A stretch of DNA of 64,000 nucleotides from the human T2T-CHM13v2.0 reference genome, Homo sapiens. This document shows positions 13,161-26,910 of this stretch, piece after piece. The translations under genes and the position numbers were made by a program. The stretch lies in assembly GCF_009914755.1 (NCBI RefSeq), contig NC_060947.1. One strand, written 5' to 3'. Each line of letters starts with the position of its first letter. The stretch's first letter is position 1. The notes under the pieces were generated by a model. The model was not told where the DNA came from and did no database searches. It saw only the letters and a list, made by a program, of their open reading frames with translations.

Positions 13161-14492
13161 TTAGATGCCTGCCAATTAGATAATTCAGTTGATTAGATAA
13201 TTTGGTGGGAGGAAAACAAAACTAGAAAATGGCCCTTTCAGTAGGCCAGTACTTCCCACTTTGTACATTTGCACAAGTGTAGAATTTACCAATGTCCCTT
13301 TCTAAAATATCATGGTTTTTAATTCTAGTTGCCAATTAAAGCGTAACTAAGATAGAAAAGCTGAGTATATTCAAGTATTCTTCATATTTAGTCTTGATTC
13401 TCTCTACATTTACCTCTCACCTCTTATAATTAATTAGTTAATTTCATTATCAGTGTGTTCTGTGAACCACAACTTCTTGAAAAGCCTTTTATTCTAAGGG
13501 AATCATATTTTTTTTTTAACTCGACATCTTGAGCTAAAAAAAATCCCATTAATTTCTAGTAGTAAGATAAATGTTTATGGTTTCCATTTGTTGTCATCGA
13601 ACATAGCATAGCTCCCAACATCTGCTTCTCAGTGGAAATGTTGATTCCTTCTTCATCTCTTCTTAAGAATTGCATAAAAACTCAAATCTTTTTATTTCTT
13701 GAACTTCCAAGTGTTTTTCACTTTGTGTGATCATTAACATGTCTTGTTTTGCACCTTGGAATGTTCAACTTGTTACCTCTTACATACCTCCTTAAGTGTT
13801 ATATATCGTCACCACCTTTCATTCTGTGGTGGAGTTGCTGCCACCCATGAGTCATGGAGCGTGGAGAGGAGGCATCACAAATGGTAATCATTTGCATCTC
13901 CAGTAGGAACTAGCACACTCACAGGCTCATAGTAGAAGTCTTAGTTAAGACATGCTTGCCGGCAAGTAAAAGATATTCCTCTAAGCATTCTTTGGCCAAA
14001 CTTTTCCTCTATGATATTTAGGGATTTGAGGACAGGAAGAACAACAGAACCTCATGGGAGGATGAAGTCTTGAACCCGTAAGGTGTCAAGGATAGTGGAG
14101 CAGGTAGTTATGTTCCATGACCCCCTCTTGACTCTCTTTAAGAGGCCCATGAAGTTTTACCTTTTTTTCTCTCTTCACTTTTGCTTCCCTTTTCTCTCTC
14201 TGTGGATGTTGTCTGCTTCTGCATTCTCCCAGTCTATACATGGCTGTCAAGATCCTATATATGTCCTGGGACTTCTGACCAACTAAGTATCTCTGCTGAG
14301 CTAATGTACCTGGTGCTGTCCTTTTTGAGTACTTGGCATTCATTCATACATACATGCATACATACATACATAAAATGAGAAGGAACTAATGTGGGCTGAT
14401 GGCATGTTAAAGGAGTATATTGAAAAGATAGTGAGCATCTCACATCATCACCAGGAAAACTGGAGAAACAAGCTTGGAGTGTGGGTGGAAAT

Positions 14493-14742
14493 AATGGGAA
14501 CATTTGGAAGACAGGTCCAGCAGGCATGACCATGAAGAAAATTATAACCATGGTGTTCAGCACAGGAGGCTGGGTGAAGCTGCTGTACTTCCATCCAAGC
14601 AACATGGATACATGGCCCACTGGCCCCTGGAAACTGAGCGTTGCAATCATCACTTCCTTAGCTAGCAGGAATTCTCTGTCTTTCCTGATTCTTTGGATCA
14701 CCATTGACAATCTCAATGTCCTCTTGGGAGATGTCTGGCCAC
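14493..14742. repeat. Direct duplicate of 18174-18423
   Basis: ~250 bp colinear, roughly 85% identical by eye. Confidence 0.9.
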
Positions 14743-14879
14743 AGAGTCCCATGCCATTTGGCATGTCAAACATGGTGATTTGTTTTCTGTAATAAGAGGT
14801 TACTTGTTTTCTGTTACCATGAAAACAAGAATGGCTGGTGTGTCCCAAATATGGGACAGGGTTTTCAATGCCAAGTGAT

Positions 14880-15064
14880 AACAGTGGGCCCATGCATACA
14901 ATTCGAGGTAATCTTATCTCAAAGTCATTCTTAATTCCAGACTTAATACAAACCTTAATCCCAAGTGCAATTTTAATTTCCCTTTGTCATTTCATAGAAT
15001 ACATTTGCAGGTTCTGTTGATTAGGATATCAACATCTTTGCGGACCATGATTCTGCCTACAACA
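14880..15064 (-). mobile_element. MLT1-type MaLR LTR end
   Basis: caggttctgttgattaggatatcaacatcttt...attctgcctacaaca. Confidence 0.6.
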
Positions 15065-15557
15065 GTGATTTATCTAGACAGTGTGGACATAAAATTATAT
15101 TTTGTTTAAGAGCTCTAGATTTGGAGTCAGAAGAATAATCTTGCATACTGACTCCAATATCTACTAGTGATAACCCTGGACAATGATTAACCTTCTCCAT
15201 TAATTTCTTTAATTATAAAATGAGAATTGCAGCACTAATCCAATCTGTTTGCTAATGTGAAGCTAGGTAGTTTCTATAAAAGGAATGAAAAGCTTCCATG
15301 GATATTATACATGATGCCATTGGAACCAGCTATATCTTGCTGTGAATGGTGGGTGTCTTGTTTTTTTTAGCTAATGTGAATAGGTCACTGAACTTACTGT
15401 TCTTCAATTTCTCATCTCAAAAATGGGCACAACTTCACAAGAAAGTTGTGAAAATCAAATGAGACAATTTAAATAAAGATTCAAAGCATCATGCCAGATA
15501 AATACAGTGAATACCTAACATCAGAACTGAAAATACCTATTTTCAGTTTATTTACAC

Positions 15558-15788
15558 CAGAAATTCTCAACCTTTGCACTACTGATATTTGAGGCTGTGC
15601 GTTTTTGGGTTGTGGGGGAGCTATGCTATGCACAGAAGAGTGTTTCGCAGCATCCCTGCTCTCTTCCCACTAGACATTAGCTGCTTCCCTCTTCCCCTCC
15701 CCACCCAGTTGTGGAAACCAAAATATCTCTAGATGTTGTCAAATGTCTCCTGTTGAGGACCAAATCACTCCCTCTGTTGAGAATCACT
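15558..15788 (-). mobile_element. MER20
   Basis: ttctcaacctttgcactactgatattt...gcagcatccctg...gttgagaatcac. Confidence 0.8.
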
Positions 15789-16485
15789 TACCTAGGCAAA
15801 TACTTATTTAAGTACTGTCTGTTCTTTATAACATTTAATCGGAAGTTATATATTTAGCTAATATATAAAATATAAGCATTTATATACTTACATCCTGTCA
15901 TATATTTGTAATAGGTAGCAATTTCTTTTTTCTCCCTACCGTAGGGAAAAAGAGTAAGTGTGACTTCTCTAACTTTGTTGTTGGCAGCAGATAAATATCT
16001 GATTTGTTCACGACCAAAGAGCCCATGTTTAACATCCTGTTTACTTTGGGATATTCTTTCTTTTTTAACTTATCTACATTCATTTTGAGGCAATTACCAC
16101 AACATACTTATCAGTTTAACTTAATCAAATGTGTGTGTATTCCCATTTTGTTAGAACACAAATCCAAAATAACAAGTGAATGGAGAAAGCTTATCTTTTT
16201 CTCTAAAACCTATTACTTCTGCTATCATAAAGATGCTTCATGCTGTGTCTATCTAAATGCAAAATGCACAGGAAAACTAAAGCAAGCTCGATATTTTAAT
16301 TAGAGTTAGGCTTGGGGAGTGGGATGATAATGACCCTAGTTTTCACTTTTGACCTGAGAGAACATGCGAATTATATATTCTAGTAGGTGAAAAAGGGTCA
16401 GCATGGGAAGTTTCTCAATTAAATTTCACAAGATTGTATAGATTGTTGATTAGATTTGCAGCATGAAACACTCCAGAAAATTTAC

Positions 16486-16597
16486 CCACCAGTGGGCTTA
16501 ACACATGGGGAAATATTTTCAGCAGTGAGGTAGCCATTGCAGTGATCACTTGGACCAAGAAATTGTTTCCACATAAACCAGAGTCCAAGGGATTAAA
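16486..16597 (-). pseudogene. Pseudo-exon, 112 nt
   Basis: ccattctcacctctacag acceptor, G|gtaaat donor; one frame reads SLGLWFMWKQFLGPSDHCNGYLTAENISP. Confidence 0.45.
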
Positions 16598-17042
16598 CTG
16601 TAGAGGTGAGAATGGCACTAAACCCTGTGGCACAACCATCAAAATTAAAGAAATGGTTAGCTGTCTATGTGGTGTCCAAGTATTGGCATCCTATCCAAGC
16701 AAAATTAACTAGGCCAATTAACTGTAGGACGGGAAGCTCCCAGCTAATGCCATACTCTCCAGAGTTTCTCCAGAAGTTTGTGTGATGGCTAGACCATGGT
16801 CAGAGAGCAACACAAAATGGACCAAGCTGAGCAGGGAGCTTCAAGGACATATAATCTGGAGTCTAAGAGGTTAGATCCAACGGGTCGGTAAATGGTGTGC
16901 CCAGTAACTGAGGGATAGGTGATAATTGATAGAGCAAATTTAGAGCCTTCACAATTGGTAAAGAGTCTTAACAACCATGTCGTCATCCAAGAAAATTACA
17001 TCAGTCCTGGAAACTGTGATCAGAAGCCTCGGAGAGGAAGGC

Positions 17043-17791
17043 TGTATTCATCAGGGTTCTCCAGAGAAACAAAACCAATAGAAAATCTATAGCTATATCG
17101 AAATCTGTATTGACGTCTATCTCTATATCTATACCTATATTGATACATATATATACTGATCTGTATCTATACCTATATCTATATATCCATATTCACATCT
17201 ATACCTATATTTATATATCTATATCCATATCTATACCTATATCTATATCCATATCTATATATCTATATCCATATCTATACCTATATCTATATATCTATAT
17301 CCATGTCTATATATCTATATCCATATCTATAGCTATATCTATATTCATATCTAAACCTATATATCTATATAACTATATCCATATTTATATCTAGCTATCT
17401 ACTGTGGGAATTGGCTCATGAAGTTTTGGAGGCCAAAAAGCCCGACTATCTGCTGTCTGCAAGCTGCAGACTTGCTCCAGCTGAAGCAAGTCAGCTGAAG
17501 TCCAAAGGTCTGAGAACAAGAGTCACTGTTGTCCAACTGCAAGAGAATATGGATGTCCCAGCTCAAACAGAGAGTGAATTCTCCCTCCCTCGACCTTTTG
17601 TTCCATTCAGACCCTCAACTGATTAGATGATGCCTGCCTGCACTGATGAAGGTGATCTTTACTCAGTCTATGAATTCAAATGCTAATTCCTTCTGGAAAT
17701 ACCCTCAAAGATACACCCAGAGATAATATTTTACCAGTTCTCTGAGCATCTCTTCAGCCCGTCAAGTTGACGTGTGAAAGTAACCGTCACA
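17043..17791 (-). mobile_element. MLT2B-type ERVL LTR with internal (TATATC)n expansion at ~17090-17400
   Basis: tgtattcatcagggttctccagagaaac...gtcaagttgac...taaccgtcaca. Confidence 0.85.
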
Positions 17792-18184
17792 AAGACCATG
17801 TCTTCAATATAAAAGGACTAAACCTTGGAAAAGTTACCAAAGAGGGACACAAGTCAAGAGGAAGAGTAAGAACCACAAAGAGGGAAGCTAGTATCAGGAA
17901 GAAGGTGAAATCTAGTTTTCAGATTTGAATCACAAGATCAGAGATGGACCAGTGTCCAGTATTCAGGAAAGTGCTCAGGTGATCTTCAAGATGGCCTGTC
18001 AGACTTGCAGAATGTGAACTTGGGAGCTGCTCTAGGGTCAGAATCCCACTGTGGACAATATGGACTGGTTGTGCGTTTTGATCACAACCTAGAGACTTAA
18101 AAGTGAGTTTGCTAAAAATACTAGCCTGCCATTGGTCCCATGCTTAACACTAGCCTGCTAATGGTCCCATCCAATGAGAATACT

Positions 18185-18423
18185 TCGGAGACAGGTCTAG
18201 CAAGCATGACCATGAAAAAAATCATAACCACTGTGTTCAGCACAGGAGGCTAGATGAGGTCACTGTACTTCCATCCAAGCAGCATGGACACATGGTCCAC
18301 GGTCTCCTGGAAACTGAACATTGTGATCATTACTTCCATAGCTAGCAGGAATTCTCTGTCATTCCTGATTCTTTGGATCACGATTGACAAACTCAATGTT
18401 CCTCTTGGGAGATGTCTGGCCAC
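18185..18423 (-). pseudogene. Pseudo-exon (likely source of the 14.5 kb duplicate)
   Basis: aatag acceptor at 18424-25; one frame reads IQRIRNDREFLLAMEVMITMFSFQETVDHVSMLLGWKYSDLI*; frame ambiguous. Confidence 0.4.
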
Positions 18424-18948
18424 TATTATTGAATAGTTCTATATTTGACAAACATATTTCAGGAGAAGAAATCATTACTTTTCTACTTAATTTTAATGTA
18501 TATTTGTTTTCCAAAGCATGAATAGACTTGGGTAATATTTTACTTGCAGTACCATGTAGACCCGAGATAAAACATCTCTCTCCATATAAATATAAAAATA
18601 GAGAAAGCTGTATCAATGCAGGACTTTTTGTCAGTGAAATTATTAGTATCATTCTCATCTCTTGAATAGGAAATTCAGAGACTGTAAGTAGGCCAGAGTC
18701 ACTGAACCACAAAATGCACTCTGAACGAAAATAACCTTGATTATCTTTCCAAAGGAAAGTAATGATGATTAGTATATGGGTATGTGTCAGGTATCGTCTA
18801 TAAGGGTCTCCAGACCAGCCTAATAATAATAATATAGAAAATTAGAAATGAAGAGGTTAAAATGATAATCAACAGAGGAGGAGAAGAGTGAAAATCCATT
18901 AGCTTTGAACAAAGGAAGATAACTATATGTAGTCCCAAATGTATTTAC

Positions 18949-19080
18949 TTGGGGGGATAACCCTGCATTATATCCACTGAAGATTATTTTGTGACTCAGC
19001 ATCTCCAAGCTTCACACCAGCAGCTGTGGCCTTCGAAGAGGAAAGAACAATGGCTCTAAATCATCAGCTTTTCCTAGTGG
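18949..19080 (-). pseudogene. Pseudo-exon, 132 nt
   Basis: cttcacttttatttag acceptor, CAA|gtaaat donor; PLGKADDLEPLFFPLRRPQLLV*SLEMLSHKIIFSGYNAGLSPQ. Confidence 0.5.
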
Positions 19081-19185
19081 CTAAATAAAAGTGAAGACTG
19101 TGCAGCTAATGGGACGGGTTGAAAGAAAATATACAGATGCAACATTTGCAAGAGAAAATGAGATCAGATTCCATATCTGACAGAC

Positions 19186-19697
<512 letters not shown>

Positions 19698-19849
19698 TAG
19701 CACCATCAAGTCAACAGTCTTCTTGGTCAATTGAAAACCAACCGGGTTTTATATTGACACTCAGAAAAGTACCTTGAATGCAGATGGCTCAGTGAGAGAG
19801 GGCAGCCAAGGTTAGCTTGCCTGCTTCTGTGCAACTGTGTACCAACTAT

Positions 19850-20790
19850 GGCAGAACTTCCCAGACTTTGTGAGCTCATAGTTTCTTTAGTGTCTGAGTA
19901 ATTTTTTTCCTACTTCCCCTAGGCCAAAAGAAAGACCTAAAATTTCTGTTTATTAGCCCAAATAAGTTACAAGAAATTTATGTGCTAATATTTTAGTAGA
20001 ACAATTTTAAAATCATGTCTATTAATTTGAAAGCAAAGAAGTATATTTATATTTCATTCTTGAATAGCCATAACTATTGACAAATGAATGGGATGTGCAT
20101 GCCTGTTGGTACCATACAATTTCACAAAACTTGAAATTAGATTAGACTCACCTGCTGTATTAGTTTGTTCTCATGCTGCTAATAAAGTCATACCTGAGAC
20201 TGGGTAATTTATGAAGGAAAGAGGTTTAGTTGACTCACAGTTTCGCAGAGCTGGGGAGGCCTCAGGAAACTTACAATCCTCGCAGAAGGGGAAGGAAACA
20301 TGCCCTTCTTCACATGGCAGCAGCAAGAAGTGCAGAGCAAAGTAAGGGAAAAGCCCCTTTTAAAACTGTCAGATCTCATGAGAACTTACTCACTATCATG
20401 AGAACAGAATGGAGGTAATTGTCCCCATGATTCAATTACCTCCCCTCCACCACACGTCCCTCCCATGACACATGGGGATTGTGGGAACTACAATTCAAGA
20501 TGAGATTTGGGTGGGGACACAGCCAAATCATATCACCCATCCTCATTCCCTATTACCCACTGATTTGTTAAAACAGTATGTGATTTTTTTTATCCCACCA
20601 AGAGGCCAAAACTCAGTTTTGCAAAGATGTGGCACTACTGAAAAGGATGGAGCATGATTTAATGTTGCATCTCAGAACAATCTCTATCATGGTGTTTGCT
20701 GATATCTGACAGACATCAAGTATTTCAGTGTTTTCCCCCCAATTTAAAATACCTTCTGATGCCTCTTTGGGCCATACATTTTCTGTACTA
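19850..20790. mobile_element. hAT-Charlie-type DNA transposon remnant interrupted by THE1
   Basis: Degenerate Charlie-like sequence on both sides of the THE1. Confidence 0.4.
20156..20535 (-). mobile_element. THE1 MaLR solo LTR
   Basis: tgtattagtttgttctcatgctgctaataaag...ggggacacagccaaatcatatca. Confidence 0.92.
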
Positions 20791-21449
20791 TTATGGCAGG
20801 AAGACACTATAAATGGTACAAAAGCCAAATGGGTGTAGTTGTGTCCCCCACATAATTGTTATTTGTAAATATGCCCACATTTTGTTAAAACAGGTATTAT
20901 GAGTGATTTGGCTCACAAGTCTTAGTCTGTACACCCTTGGGCAAAAGCTTTCCATCCAGTATCGTATTTGAATATCTCAATGGTGGACAGAGCAATTAAT
21001 CTTCATTATTTCATTTAATTTCCATAAAAGCCCAGGTGCTATAATACAGATATATGTGTGTTCTAGATGAAGGACCCAAGTCAGTCCTTCATGTAGACCC
21101 TAAGAAATGTAATTTGCTGAAGGTCACATGTGATTATTCATGTGGTGAGGATGGATATTGTCTTCAAATCAATTCCTGCCAACCTACCAAGCCCCTGTGC
21201 TTCCACTCCACCATATTGAAATAAGGGCTGTATCCAGTTCCCAATAATTTGATCTTAAATTTTTGTCAAGAACATTAGCTTCCTCAGAATAAGTTGAATT
21301 AATAATTTAAGGAGAGTGAGCCATTTCCCCCTATCCCTCCCAGGCACTGTCAAATCTACAAAAACATCCTGGAAATGAATGATTCTAGGAAAACATGGGA
21401 TATCGAATTTGCAGGTTTCATTTTCTTAAGAATTGTGCCTTCATTCGGG

Positions 21450-22335
21450 AATTACATAATGGTAAAGGGAACAATGCAACAAGAAGAGCTAACTATTCTA
21501 AATATATATGCATCCAATACAGGAGCACCCAGATTCATAAAATGAGTTCTTAGAGACCTACAAAGAGACTTAGACTCCCACGCAATAATAGTGGGTGATT
21601 TTAACACCCCACTTTCAGTATTAGACAGGTCAATGAGACAGAAAATTAACAAGGATATTCAGGACCTGAACTTAGCTCTGCATCAAGTGGACCTAGTAGA
21701 TGTTTACAGAACTATCCACCCCAAATCAACAGAATATACATCTTCTCAGTGCCACATGGCACTTATTCTAAAATCGACCACGTAATTGGAAGTAAAACAC
21801 TCCTTAGCAAATGCAAAAGATCTGAAGTCATAACAAATAGTCTCTCAGACTACAGTACAATCAAATTAGAACTCAGGATTAAGAAACTCACTCAAAACCA
21901 CACAATTTCATGGAAATTGAACAACCTGCTCCTGAATGACTCCTACGTAATAATGAAAATAATGAAATTAAGGCAAAAATCAAGAAGTTATTTGAAAGCA
22001 ATGAGAACAAGGAGACAACATACCAGAATCTCTGGGACGTAGCTGAAGTAGTATTAAGCAGAAAATTTATAGCACTAAATGCCCACATTAGAAAGTGGGA
22101 AAGATCTGAAATTGACACCCTAACCTAACACCACAATTAAAAGGGCTTGAGAGGCAAGAGCAAATTAATCCAAAAGCTAGCAGAAGACAAGAAGTAATTA
22201 AGAAAATTATTTTCTTTTCTTAAAGAAATGAATTTTCAACCCAGAATTTCATATCCAGCCAAACTAAGCTTCATACATGAAGGAGAAATAAAATCCTTTA
22301 CAGACAAGCAAATGCTGAGGTACTTTGTAACCAGC
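21450..22335 (+). mobile_element. L1PA internal fragment: ORF2 endonuclease region followed by an ORF1 C-terminal piece
   Basis: GDFNTPLS, HGTYSKIDH and [19 protein letters not shown] motifs; then ttttcaacccagaatttcatatccagccaaactaagcttc (ORF1). Confidence 0.9.
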
Positions 22336-22354
22336 AGTTACAAAGTAACTGCAT

Positions 22355-22625
22355 CTTTGTATGATTTCACTTATATGAGGCACCTAGAGTAGTCAAATCC
22401 ATAGAGACAGAAAGTGGATGGCCATTGCCAGGGACTTGGGGGAGAGAGGAATGAAGAGTTATTGTTTAACAGATACAGAGTTTCAGTTTTGCAAGATGAG
22501 AAAAGTTCTGGAAAAGGATGGTGGTGATGCTTGCACAATAATGCGAATATCCTTAGTGCCACTGAACTCACTTAAAAATGCTTAAGATGGTTATGTTATG
22601 TGCATTTTACTACAATAAAAAAATA
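22355..22625 (+). mobile_element. L1MB-type 3' end
   Basis: tatgatttcacttatatgaggcacctagagtagtcaaatccatagagacag...caataaaaaaa. Confidence 0.85.
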
Positions 22626-22758
22626 AGGTAGAGGATATGAAGTCAAAAAGCATGAAAGAGTTTTCTACCAAAGCAGTTTTGGATATGATTGGAGTTCTCA
22701 ACCAAGCTACTCCAAAGAAGGGAAGGTTATTTGCTGATGAAGTTAACATATGGCTTTT

Positions 22759-23103
22759 TGTATTAGTCTGTTCTCATGCTACTAATAAAGACATAACAGA
22801 GACTGGGTAATTTATAAAGAAAAAGAGGTTTCGTGGACTCAGTTCCATATGGTTGGGGAGGCCTCAAAATTATGTCAGAAGGCAAAGCAGGAGAAAGGCA
22901 CGTCTTACATGGTGGCAGGCAAGAGCTTCTGCAGGAGAACTCCCATTTATAAAACCACCAGATATTGTGAGACTACCCCAAGAACAGTATGGGAGAAACT
23001 ACTCTCATAATTCAATTATCTCCACTTTGCCCCACCCTTGACACATAGGGATTATTACAATTCAAGGTGAGATTTGAGTGGGGACACAGCCAAACCATAT
23101 CAC
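22759..23103 (-). mobile_element. THE1/MST solo LTR
   Basis: tgtattagtctgttctcatgct...ccaaaccatatca. Confidence 0.9.
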
Positions 23104-23389
23104 TTTTAAACATAATCTTAATTAAATAATCAATTACAAATTCATTCAAAACATAAGGCAGTGATCCCATAATAACACTGCTGAAGGAGACCCATAAAGT
23201 TTTAATTACACTCAATTATCATTTCTATTGAGCCAACAGATTCAAATAAAAGGGTATGGGCGTGCAAGAGACACTTGATCTGAGGAACCATGCATTATTT
23301 TATACATATTGCGCAAAATAGGTTAAAATCAGGATGATGAGGTAATTTGCAAACTTTTTGAAATCAATCTGTGTATGATTGTCTTTTTA

Positions 23390-23650
23390 AATGTCTCCTT
23401 GGATCATTATACTCTTTGAGATATTTTCCTCTCTGAGAAGAGAAAGGTATTTCCAACACTGTAAATGCTGTATTTCACTGATGAACTGTCCCTTCCAATA
23501 CTTTGAATCTTCAATTGCCCTGAAATCCATATTTGGTAGATAACTGGGCAACATGAGTTTTCCCATTGCTGTCTTTACATGACTCCCAGGCATGCCACGA
23601 ATGGCTTCCATGTTAGTACCAGCATCTAGATGAGGCAAACACAGTGGCAC
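23390..23650 (-). pseudogene. Possible upstream pseudo-exon
   Basis: ttttcag acceptor then ~87 open codons (ORF 23387-23674: ...KGQFISEIQHLQCWKYLSLLREENI...). Confidence 0.3.
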
Positions 23651-23671
23651 CTGAAAACTCAGAGATGCCAG

Positions 23672-24342
23672 CAATCACGGAGCCCCTAGAGGTGTTATAG
23701 CTCTTGCTCAGGGAGCCCCGAGGTCCAAGCCCTGAAGAAATGTGGCAGCTCTTCACCCCTGTAGCCTGGCAAGCAAGAGCATGCTACAGCTCTCTTTCTC
23801 CTGTCGTCTGGCAAGCAGGAGCGTGTTACAGCTCTTTTATTCCCATTGCTCGCAGCTCGGTGAGCTGGCCAGGAGCATCACAGCTCTTTCATTCCCACCA
23901 CCTGCTTCTCAGTGAGTTTCAGGTTCTTGTCCCGTGACTGAGAGGAATAAGGTACATGGACACTAGCGAGTGAATAAGGCAGAGAAGAATTTTATCAAGT
24001 GACAGAAGGAAAGCTTTCACCTGTGAGAGGAGAACCTGAAAGCAGGTTGCCATCTGTGAGGCTCAGTCTGGGGTTTTTATGGACCTAGAATGGGGGAGAG
24101 TGTGCTGATTGATCCATCGGTGGGCTTGGCAAAAGCACCATTCAATTGGTAAAAAGGCATTATCCAGAAGGAAACAATTGAGAGAGAGAGGGTAACATGG
24201 GGATAGAAGTTCTCGCTCCAGTCGTGGACTCTATCCGGAACCAGATAAGCTCAGTTTTCAGGTTTAAACCATCTTTGGCTTGAAGGTCGGGTCTCACCTC
24301 TCCTTGTCTGCCTAGGAATTTGTCTGTCTCCTGTCACTATCA
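23672..24342 (-). mobile_element. LTR1/MER52-family ERV1 LTR
   Basis: Reverse strand starts tgatagtgacaggagacagacaaattcctaggcag; internal acagctc repeats. Confidence 0.75.
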
Positions 24343-26405
24343 TCATCACACTATCCCCACTCCATATGTACACTTTTACCCTTCAGTGTGACTAAACAAA
24401 AGGATTCAAAGAAAATATAAATACATTTCTCCAAAAGTCTCTTCCTTTTACCTATACATACAATGTTATCTGTAGCAGATAAAATACACCATCTGATAAG
24501 AACATAGAATGGTGGCAGAATTGATTTTAGATTTCTTCTGCACACCCTTTGTTTTCTCACTGGGGAAGACGAGGCCATAGAGCTGAATCAACTGGCCAAG
24601 TTAGTCAAGATTCTGTGAATCCCCACATTAAATTCTGTGCACATTGCTATAATGGTTTCCATTGTGGATTTCATGCATGCATGTCCTATAATATAACAAG
24701 TTCATTGAGTATGTGACTTACTTGGTTTGTGCCATAGTAGTGTCTTATTTAAAGAAGTACAATCCAATCACAAAAACTTACTAAAAACGACTTCTATTCT
24801 TTAACTGTGTCTCTCTAAGAATATTTAAAATAATTCAATTTGTGGTGTTTCGGAACACTTTTATTTCTTTGTCTCATCCCATATTCTGAGACCTTTCTTT
24901 CACCATGCCTCCCAATCATCCCTTCTGTCTCCCATAGCATTTAAATGCTATTCTCTCTTCCCAGCTCACACATCTACTGAAGCAGAACACACATTTTTAT
25001 TGAAGTCATACTGGAACATTTTTGGCTTAGTTTTACTCTTATTGGGTCGCTGTTTTCCCGTCTAAAGCTTAAAATAGGTTTCCCTGGCTTTACTGATCTT
25101 CTCCTGCTTTGAAATTATGAATTATACAAGGTAAGGTGAGAAAAGATGGGCTAAATTAAGCAAACTAACAGCTCTCTAAACGATTGGTCTAAAGGATGTC
25201 CAGAATGGACCAACACACTAGTGCTGGAAGTTTTAGATTTCAGGCTCTTTTGCCCTGACATGATTATCAATGAGTTGCGTGCAAGGACATGAGATATCAG
25301 GAGCTTTCATGTCATCTGAGACTTAGATCACAAGCATCTCAGCAGAATGAGGTAGGTTTTAAATAGCTTCCTGACAGCTAGAATAACGACAAAGTCATAA
25401 GGTCCACTAGGAAAGGATTGAAGACATATCCAAAACCAAATACAAGATAGCCTGAAACCAGGAAAGAAAACTTTGCAGTGCAATGAGAAGTATCTTTTGA
25501 CCTCTGGGACCTTAGGGACTGAATACCAGAAGCCAAGCAGGAAATGCTGTGCAGGGATTGTCCTCCAGTTGCCGGGAGGACAGCAAGCCAGGCTGGAAGG
25601 GGTAAAGCTTGAACAAACATAAGCAGTGGCAATCTGAGTTCATCTCAGAAAAGAAGGGTTATGTCTTTGTTTAGAGGCAAAGCAAAAGCACCCGGGGCCT
25701 AGATGCTCACAAATATCACCGACCAAAGTATATTTTAGCTCAATGTCAGTTGAAGTTAGGATCAGAAACAACCACTGCTACTCTGTAAATTTTTTTTTCT
25801 TTCTCGCTCTTTGGGGAGAATTTCATGTTTACCCTTAGTTGTCTGATAAAAACTCTGTTTGAACATTTACAATCTTGTCTCATATCAACTCGTCAGGATC
25901 CAAAAGATATCGACAGATGGGAATTATGAATCCACTCTCCCAAGAAGAATGATGATTGTATGAAAGTTGCAGGCTTTGCTCAGGTGGCTTGAAAATAACT
26001 TTGAAAAAAACAGATTGTGAATCTTTAGCACAGAATAAGGAAAAATAAAAAACAGCTCAAGTATGTTATTATTTAATAAATGGAAAATTAAAAGTATCTA
26101 AAAAAATAGCTGAGATAAGATTTCAGGCTTCATTCCTAGAGGTTGGTGTTGACCAAGTTCCATTCTGTGCAGGTTGGAACGCATCTGGGAGTATTGGAAT
26201 TAATCACTTGGACAAGAGCCCAGGCATACTTGAACACATTTAAGAGAGGATGACCATAGTGTGTTGAAGTAGCTGAATATGATGATATCAAAGCATCTGA
26301 GAATTTTGATCTTGGAGAAAAAAGACTGGGGAAAATATAGAGAAGCCTGTAGGAGATGTGATTTTGTATCTGAAGATCAACCATGTAGAAAAAAAGTTAG
26401 ATGGT

Positions 26406-26833
26406 GCTATGATTTGGATATTTGACTCCTCCAATCCTCATGTTAAAATTTGATCCCCAGTGTTGGAGGTGGGGCCTCATGGGAGGTATTTAGAACATGG
26501 GAACAGATCCTTCATGAATAGATTAATACCCTAGTTGAGGGAAGAGATAAGTGAGGTCTCACTCTCTTTGTTTCCAGAAGAGCTGGTTGTTAAAAAAGCC
26601 TGGCACCTCTTGCCTCTCTTGCTCTCTTGCTTCCTCTCCCACCATGTGATGCCTGCACACACCAGCTCCCTTTTACCTTCTACCATGAGTATAAGCAGTC
26701 CATGGCCCTTGCCAGATGCAGATGCCAAAACTCGAACTATTCCAGACATCAGAATTGTGAGCCAAATAAACATTTTTCTTTATATATTACCCAGCCTCAG
26801 ATACTTCATAGCAACACAAAATGGACTAAGACA
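26406..26833 (+). mobile_element. MSTB/MSTC MaLR LTR
   Basis: tgctatgatttggat...cccagtgttggaggtggggcc...aaatggactaagaca. Confidence 0.88.
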
Positions 26834-26910
26834 GATGGCTTGATGAGGTGGAAAAGATCTTCCCCACTAGGCTTTGAGATAACAGGGCAGCCTCTTAGAA
26901 GGAAGACGGA

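Noticed and set aside
14255-14893. 212-aa minus-strand ORF as an intact gene
   Set aside because: Only its middle matches the duplicated pseudo-exon; the flanks run into LTR-like and simple-repeat sequence, and the other copy is disrupted.
21591-22042. Endonuclease-like ORFs as a functional gene
   Set aside because: Frameshifted L1 ORF2 fragment.
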